A stretch of 12,181 bases of DNA, from positions 1-12,181 of the forward strand of contig JBBQYG010000127.1 in NCBI GenBank assembly GCA_038208905.1, read 5' to 3'. Position 1 is the first letter of the stretch. Each line of letters opens with the position of its first letter. The notes below the pieces were generated by a model. The model was not told where the DNA came from and ran no database searches. It saw only the letters and a list, made by a program, of their open reading frames with translations. Source of the stretch: Candidatus Sumerlaeia bacterium (GTDB taxonomy: Bacteria; Sumerlaeota; Sumerlaeia; SLMS01). This document shows, piece after piece, positions 7,459 through 12,181 of this stretch. A program made the position numbers and the translations under genes.

Positions 7459-8280
7459 ATGCCGATCCACGCCACCGCCTTCGTTGATCCAACCGCCGTT
7501 CTGGACTCCTCCGTGGAGGTGGGGCCCTATTGCCGCGTCGGCCCCCACTGCGTCTTGGGAGAGGGAAACGTCCTCATGCAGGGCGCCATTCTTGGCCCCC
7601 GGACGGTGGCCGGGAAGGGAAACGTCTTTCACTACAACTCCATCGTGGGCCACGATCCCCAGTTTCTCGGCTTCGATCCAGAGACCAAGTCGGGCACGGT
7701 GATCGGAGACGGGAACCACTTTCGCGAATTCAGCACCGTCCACCGCGGACTCAAGGACGGGACCAACACCGTCCTCGGCAACCAGAACTATATCATGACC
7801 ACGGCCCATCTGGCGCATGATTGCACGCTGGGAAACAACAACGTGCTGGTCAGCTTCGCGGGGATCTCCGGCCACGTCACGATGGAGGATCGCTGTTTCA
7901 TCAGCGGCCACGTCGCGATCCACCAGTTCTGCCGCGTGGGCACCCTCGCCATGATCGGTGGGCGGTCGGGCATCCCCAGGGACGTGCCGCCCTACATGAT
8001 GACAAAGCACTATGGCGAGGTGGTTGGCCTCAACGTCGTTGGGCTGCGCCGCGCGGGTGTCGGCGCGCCGACGCGTATGGCACTGATGCGATGCTACAAG
8101 GCGCTTTTCCGTAGCGGCCTCGCCCTGAGCACGGCGGTTGCGGCCATGCGCGAGGAGTTCGGCGCCGACGCGGCACCGGAGGTCGCGCACCTGCTCGATT
8201 TCTGCTCCGTCAAGAGCAAGCGCGGCATGTCGCGCGGCCCGCGCAAAGGCACGACGGCCCCGAACGAGGACGACGATTGA
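7459..8280 (+). CDS. lpxA: Acyl-ACP--UDP-N-acetylglucosamine(3N) acyltransferase LpxA (273 aa)
   Basis: ATG at 7459 (MPIHATAFVDPTAVL). Hexapeptide left-handed beta-helix repeats, FREFSTVHRG, catalytic AHLAHDC, ISGHV, IHQFCRVG, DVPPY, GLNVVGLRRAG and a C-terminal helical domain. Confidence 0.93.
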   Translation: MPIHATAFVDPTAVLDSSVEVGPYCRVGPHCVLGEGNVLMQGAILGPRTVAGKGNVFHYNSIVGHDPQFLGFDPETKSGTVIGDGNHFREFSTVHRGLKDGTNTVLGNQNYIMTTAHLAHDCTLGNNNVLVSFAGISGHVTMEDRCFISGHVAIHQFCRVGTLAMIGGRSGIPRDVPPYMMTKHYGEVVGLNVVGLRRAGVGAPTRMALMRCYKALFRSGLALSTAVAAMREEFGADAAPEVAHLLDFCSVKSKRGMSRGPRKGTTAPNEDDD

Positions 8281-9257
8281 TGGCGGAAAAGCAGCCGACG
8301 CTCTCCATCGTGACCATCAGCTGGAACCAGATGGGCGACATCGTGGAGTACCTTGCCGCGATGCAGAAGTCGCGCGGCGAGTGCGTGTTTCCCATCGAGA
8401 TGATCCTGGTGGACAACGGCTCGCGCGATGGAACGCCGGAGATGGTCGAGCGCGACTATCCCTGGGTGAAGTTGATCAGGAATCCCAAGAACGAGGGCTT
8501 TGCCGCGGGCTGCAACGTGGGACTCCACGCCGCCACTGGCGAGTTCCTCATGCTCCTCAACCCCGACGCCAAGGCAATCGGCGCGTCCCTCGAGGGGATG
8601 GTGCGATTCCTCCAGAAACACTCCGACGTCGGCGGTGTCGGCTGCCAACTCCTCCACGACGACGGCCTCCCCCAGAAAAGCGCCTACAGGGAGCTTTCGG
8701 CCCTCGCGTACATACAGAACAACTCCATGCTCTATCCGGTCATGGAGAAGTTGAACAAGGTGCTCCACAAGAGCGGACTGTTCCGCCGGACGCAGCCGTA
8801 CTCGGTGGGGTGGGTTCAGGCATCCTGCCTGATCGTGCCGCGCCGCGTGTACGACAAGGTGGGCGACTTGGAGGCATCCTTCTTCATCTATTGCGAGGAC
8901 ACCGATTGGTGCCACCGCATCCGCAAGGCCGGTTTCCGCATCGTCCACATGCCCAACCTGCAATTGCCCCACAAGCAGAAGGGCTCCGTGAACCGGCGCC
9001 CGGAGTTCTTCTTCCGGCGAGTCTATCGCAGTATCGTGCACTACACCAACCGGCAGTTCAAGGGCTCGACGAAGGAGAACATCTTCCGCGCGATGCTGCT
9101 CGACATGAGGCTCCGCCGGCCTGTGTATCGCTTGGCCGCGTTCCTCAAAACCGCGCGCCGCGAAGGCCTTGCCGAGCGCCTTCGTTCCGTGGATCGCATG
9201 ATCGAAATCATCAAGGCCCGCGACCCCGACCTCTACGACGACCCGCCCCCGCGATGA
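8280..9257 (+). CDS. Glycosyltransferase family 2 (WbbL/RfbF-like), 325 aa
   Basis: ATG overlaps the lpxA stop (TGATG). Motifs LSIVTISWN, ILVDNGSRDGT, NEGFAAGCNVG, LLNPDA and FFIYCEDTDWCHRI. Confidence 0.93.
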   Translation: MAEKQPTLSIVTISWNQMGDIVEYLAAMQKSRGECVFPIEMILVDNGSRDGTPEMVERDYPWVKLIRNPKNEGFAAGCNVGLHAATGEFLMLLNPDAKAIGASLEGMVRFLQKHSDVGGVGCQLLHDDGLPQKSAYRELSALAYIQNNSMLYPVMEKLNKVLHKSGLFRRTQPYSVGWVQASCLIVPRRVYDKVGDLEASFFIYCEDTDWCHRIRKAGFRIVHMPNLQLPHKQKGSVNRRPEFFFRRVYRSIVHYTNRQFKGSTKENIFRAMLLDMRLRRPVYRLAAFLKTARREGLAERLRSVDRMIEIIKARDPDLYDDPPPR

Positions 9258-10333
9258 GCGGCCCCTTGGTCGGCGTCGATGCCCGCATGATCCGCCACAG
9301 CGGAATCGGCATCGTTCTTCGCGGGCTGCTGCGCCATTGGTCCGCGAACCCACCGCCGTTTCGGCTGGCACTGTGTGGCGACTCGGCGCAACTGCGGGAG
9401 GAGGTGCCGGGCAGGCTCTCCGCCGAGATCGTCGCATGGAATCCGCGCCTCTACTCCCTCGCCGCCGCGATCGGATCGCCGCGAATCCGATGCGCCGCGT
9501 GGTACTCTCCCCACTACGCCACATCGCTCACCGCCAGCCGCGTCCTGATCGCCCACGTTCAGGACGTGCTTCACATCACGCATCCCACGCGGCGCGGAAC
9601 GGCGATCTACAATCGGCTCTACTTGGCGGCGCTGCGTCGGCGCGCAGCCTTTGTGCTCACCACAAGCCGCCACGTGAAGGTTCAGCTCCAGACGCTCCAC
9701 GGGTTCCGCGCCGACCGGGTGCTGCGCACGGGTCTGGGCCCCGGCAATCTTGCCGACGGGGAGAACGCCAGGGCGCTTCCCCGCCCCGATGGGTTCCCAG
9801 CCCGATACCTCCTCGCGGTTGGCATTGTGAAGCGTCACAAGAACTGGGAGTTCCTCTTCGACCGACTCCGCCACGATACCTCCGGCCTCCCGCTCGTCTG
9901 CGCGGGCGCCGGACCACACCGCGACAAGCTCCGCGCCCTCGCTGCGCGCCACGGCGTTGCCGACCGCGTTCTGGTTCTCGACTGGATCGATGACGCAGCC
10001 ATGCCCGCCGTGTATAGACACGCGGAGGCTCTGCTCTACCCAAGCCTCGCCGAGGGCTTTGGCCTTCCGGTCCTCGAGGCCATGGCCGTCGGAACCCCCG
10101 TCATCGTCGCCGATCGTTCCCCCATGAAGGAGATCGCCGCGGGCTGCGCCCTGGTCTTCGATCCCGACTGGCCGGAGAGCTTCGACGCGGCGCTACGCGA
10201 TATCCTCGGAAATGCCGAGACTCGGCGCCGGTGTTCCGAAACGGGCCTCACGCGGGCCCAGGAATTTACCTGGGCCAAGACCGCCGCCGTGGTGGAGGAC
10301 GCGATTGAGAGAGGAATGAAACGGAAGGGATGA
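9254..10333 (+). CDS. Glycosyltransferase family 4 (GT-B fold, MtfB/WbpY-like), 359 aa
   Basis: ATG at 9254 overlaps the GT2 stop (ATGA). N-terminal VGVDARMIRHSGIG, YLLAVG..KRHKN, and the EX7E motif in YPSLAEGFGLPVLEAMAVGTPVI, plus terminal FTWAKTA. Confidence 0.93.
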   Translation: MSGPLVGVDARMIRHSGIGIVLRGLLRHWSANPPPFRLALCGDSAQLREEVPGRLSAEIVAWNPRLYSLAAAIGSPRIRCAAWYSPHYATSLTASRVLIAHVQDVLHITHPTRRGTAIYNRLYLAALRRRAAFVLTTSRHVKVQLQTLHGFRADRVLRTGLGPGNLADGENARALPRPDGFPARYLLAVGIVKRHKNWEFLFDRLRHDTSGLPLVCAGAGPHRDKLRALAARHGVADRVLVLDWIDDAAMPAVYRHAEALLYPSLAEGFGLPVLEAMAVGTPVIVADRSPMKEIAAGCALVFDPDWPESFDAALRDILGNAETRRRCSETGLTRAQEFTWAKTAAVVEDAIERGMKRKG

Positions 10334-10456
10334 GGGATGAACGGCAGACAGAAGCAGGGAGAGACAGGAATAGAAAGTCGGGAGACGGTAGTTGCCGCTC
10401 ATCCCTCATACCTGCCGTTGATCCCTCATCCCTCCTACCTCATCCCTGCTGTTTTT
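10313..10456. repeat. Heptamer-based inverted-repeat element (GGGATGA / TCATCCC); possible bidirectional terminator or REP-like element
   Basis: Left arm AGGGATGAGGGATGAACGGCAG (10326-10347) is the reverse complement of CTGCCGTTGATCCCTCATCCCT (10412-10433) with 1 mismatch in 22. Six TCATCCC-like units occur between 10399 and 10446, and a T-run follows at 10452-10456. The element lies between convergent GT4 and ald. Confidence 0.75.
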
Positions 10457-11564
10457 ACAGTACTGCCTCGTATGGCTGCAGCGGCATTCCAAAAGCCTGC
10501 GCCACGCCGGGGCACGTGATCATCCCGCGCGCGATGTTGACGCCATCAAGCAGGCTGGGATTCTGGGACACCGCGTCTGGCCAGCCGTTGTCGGCGATCT
10601 GGAGGACAAACGGCAGCGTTGCGTTGGTGAGGGCGAAGGTCGAGGTCCGCGCCACGGCACCTGGCATGTTGGTGACGCAGTAATGGATGATACCCTCCTC
10701 CTCGTAGATCGGGTTGCTATGGGTCGTCGGGCGGGAGGTCTCGAAGCATCCCCCCTGGTCGATGGCCACGTCCACAAGGACTGATCCGCGCGGCATCAGG
10801 GAGAGATGTTCCCGGCGGATGATCTTGGGCGCGCGGGCACCGGAGATATACACGCCGCCGATCACCACATCCACTCGCTCGAGCTGCTCCACGATGTTTA
10901 GCTCGCTGGAGTAAAGCGTCGTCACGTTCTTGGGCATGATGTCGTCCAGATAGCGGAGCCGCTCCAGATTGATGTCGGTCATCGTCACGCGCGCGCCCAT
11001 GCCAGCAGCGATCTTGGCGGCATTTGTGCCGACGACCCCCCCGCCGATCACGAGCACGCGGGCGGCCTTCACGCCGGGCACGCCACCCATTAGCGTGCCG
11101 CGCCCACCCATGGGCTTTTCAAGGTACTTGGCGCCCTGCTGGACGGAGAGCCGCCCGGCAATCTCGCTCATCGGCGTCAGGAGCGGATGGCCGCCGGGAC
11201 CCGACACCGTCTCGTAGGCGATACAGCGCGCTCCGCTGGCGAGCATGGCATCGGTCAGCTCGCGGCTCGATGCGAAGTGAAAGTACTCGAAGAGGATGTG
11301 CTCCTTGCGGATTAGCCGATATTCCGACTTCACCGGTTCCTTCACCTTCACGATCAGCTCCGCGCGCTCAAAGACTTCCTCCGCCGTGGCAGCGATATCC
11401 GCGCCGACGGCGGCGTAGGCCCTGTCGTCCAGGCCGATGCCGTCGGCGGCGCCGGCCTGAATGACGACGCGGTGGCCGCGCCGGACAGCTTCCTTTACGC
11501 CGGCGGGGACCATGGCGACGCGGTATTCCTGATCCTTCACTTCGCGGGGGACGCCGATAATCAT
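10455..11564 (-). CDS. ald: Alanine dehydrogenase (369 aa)
   Basis: MIIGVPREVKDQEYRVA, VKVKEP, catalytic His in YFHFA, PLLTPMSEIAGRLS, NAD-binding VIGGGVVG, DVAIDQGGCFETSRPTTH and HYCVTNMPGAVARTSTFALTNAT. SD-like AGAAAGG upstream. Confidence 0.97.
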   Translation of the reverse strand: MIIGVPREVKDQEYRVAMVPAGVKEAVRRGHRVVIQAGAADGIGLDDRAYAAVGADIAATAEEVFERAELIVKVKEPVKSEYRLIRKEHILFEYFHFASSRELTDAMLASGARCIAYETVSGPGGHPLLTPMSEIAGRLSVQQGAKYLEKPMGGRGTLMGGVPGVKAARVLVIGGGVVGTNAAKIAAGMGARVTMTDINLERLRYLDDIMPKNVTTLYSSELNIVEQLERVDVVIGGVYISGARAPKIIRREHLSLMPRGSVLVDVAIDQGGCFETSRPTTHSNPIYEEEGIIHYCVTNMPGAVARTSTFALTNATLPFVLQIADNGWPDAVSQNPSLLDGVNIARGMITCPGVAQAFGMPLQPYEAVL

Positions 11565-11606
11565 TGCGGGGGGCCTTTCTTGGGGGACTTACTGGTTCAC
11601 GGTTGG

Positions 11607-11636
11607 AGCGTAGCTCGCCCGCCGCCCGGGGGGCAA
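11607..11636 (-). promoter_or_regulatory. Putative sigma70-type promoter for ald
   Basis: On the minus strand: TTGCCC (11636-11631), an 18-bp spacer, then TACGCT (11612-11607), about 42 bp upstream of the ald ATG. Confidence 0.5.
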
Positions 11637-11649
11637 GTCTCACCGAACG

Positions 11650-11673
11650 CGGGAACAAATTCGCCTGTTCCCG
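11650..11673. promoter_or_regulatory. Perfect inverted repeat CGGGAACA-N8-TGTTCCCG, candidate transcription-factor site
   Basis: 8-bp perfect arms at 11650-11657 and 11666-11673 in the divergent intergenic region, just upstream of the putative ald -35. Confidence 0.4.
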
Positions 11674-11746
11674 GGTCGCACACCCAACCATGCTGTCCCG
11701 GATACGATCTATCTGGGAACTGACCACCTCCACGACAAGCCCACCC

Positions 11747-12181
11747 ATGACACCTCGCCTTCTGATTGCCGCCTTGCTGATGCTTCTCGCGTTGCCGCTC
11801 CGTGCACAGACTCTTGACAAGGGCCTGCCACTCGATGGGCCGGGCGAGTTCCCCTTCGCCGCCGCCCGCGATTTGGCCCCGCCCATGGGCGAGTGCGACG
11901 AATTCGCCGTATACAACGGGAACCTTCTGGGCGCGCGCCTCGGGTCCGCTCCGCTCCGCCTCCATCGCGTCGAACTCAATGCCGACTTCGCTGCGAATCC
12001 GATTTCAGAGATCGCCATTCCCGCCCTACCCGATGGCTTCACTCCTCAGGCCATGACGGCGAATCCCTTCACCCAGCACCTGGTTGTTGCGGGGAAGGTC
12101 GGCGATGCGATCCAAGTATGGAAATCGTCCTTCGACGCGAAGCTCGAACTCGGCCCGTGGGAGGCCATGCCCCCTATCGTC
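11747..12181 (+). CDS. Secreted hypothetical protein with Sec signal peptide, 3'-truncated by the window edge
   Basis: ATG at 11747 opens a stop-free frame to the window end (145 codons): MTPRLLIAALLMLLALPLRA|QTLDKGLPLDGPGEFPF...HLVVAGKVGDAIQVWKSSFDAKLELGPWEAMPPIV. It has a basic N-region, a hydrophobic core and an LRA-Q cleavage site. It is absent from the ORF track because it lacks a stop. Confidence 0.8.
   Translation, partial: MTPRLLIAALLMLLALPLRAQTLDKGLPLDGPGEFPFAAARDLAPPMGECDEFAVYNGNLLGARLGSAPLRLHRVELNADFAANPISEIAIPALPDGFTPQAMTANPFTQHLVVAGKVGDAIQVWKSSFDAKLELGPWEAMPPIV

Noticed and set aside
8138..9253. 372-codon in-frame extension upstream of GT4 (731-aa ORF in the track), suggesting a fusion or overlapping gene
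   Set aside because: It overlaps lpxA and GT2 in another frame and is Arg/Pro-rich low-complexity sequence typical of GC-rich off-frames. GT4 homology begins at the ATG at 9254, which forms a standard ATGA overlap.
8094..9524. Long antisense ORFs (476 aa here; also 3723-5018, 7354-8190, 9233-10021, 2562-3260 and 5990-6853)
   Set aside because: These are shadow ORFs opposite well-supported genes, expected from high-GC codon bias. They have no recognisable motifs.
10313..10450. Possible CRISPR array or IS end
   Set aside because: Units are 7-20 bp, degenerate and lack unique spacers. No cas or transposase gene and no target-site duplication is evident.
10330..10683. Short ORFs starting inside the GGGATGA repeat (117 aa and 60 aa)
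   Set aside because: The ATGs are by-products of the heptamer repeat. The products are repeat-derived and run antisense into ald.
11368..12056. Track ORFs 11368-12042 (-), 11597-11965 (-) and 11802-12056 (+)
   Set aside because: They conflict with the better-supported signal-peptide ORF starting at 11747 and, in part, with ald and its promoter. They have no recognisable features.

Overview
GC-rich bacterial chromosomal segment from a diderm (it carries an lpxA), gene-dense, with no mobile elements, RNA genes or CRISPR arrays visible. In order: (+) a 5'-truncated ABC ATPase, a large multi-TM YfhO/GT-C-like membrane protein, an RdgC-related hypothetical and a 429-aa hypothetical. (-) A tightly coupled five-gene run: fdx (ISC-type 2Fe-2S ferredoxin), iscX, Trm112-like/SAM methyltransferase fusion, Rieske ferredoxin and a tandem two-domain hypothetical, with no other isc genes. 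(+) Divergently, a translationally coupled lpxA-GT2-GT4 operon whose LpxA resembles the Leptospira-type (UDP-GlcNAc3N) enzyme. Then a heptamer-based (GGGATGA/TCATCCC) inverted-repeat element between convergent genes, (-) alanine dehydrogenase, and (+) a 3'-truncated secreted protein missing from the ORF track. Most genes are housekeeping or envelope genes. The best candidates for something undescribed are the orphan fdx-iscX-MTase-Rieske operon and the stand-alone lpxA-glycosyltransferase operon. Family assignments come from motif recognition by eye, not database searches.
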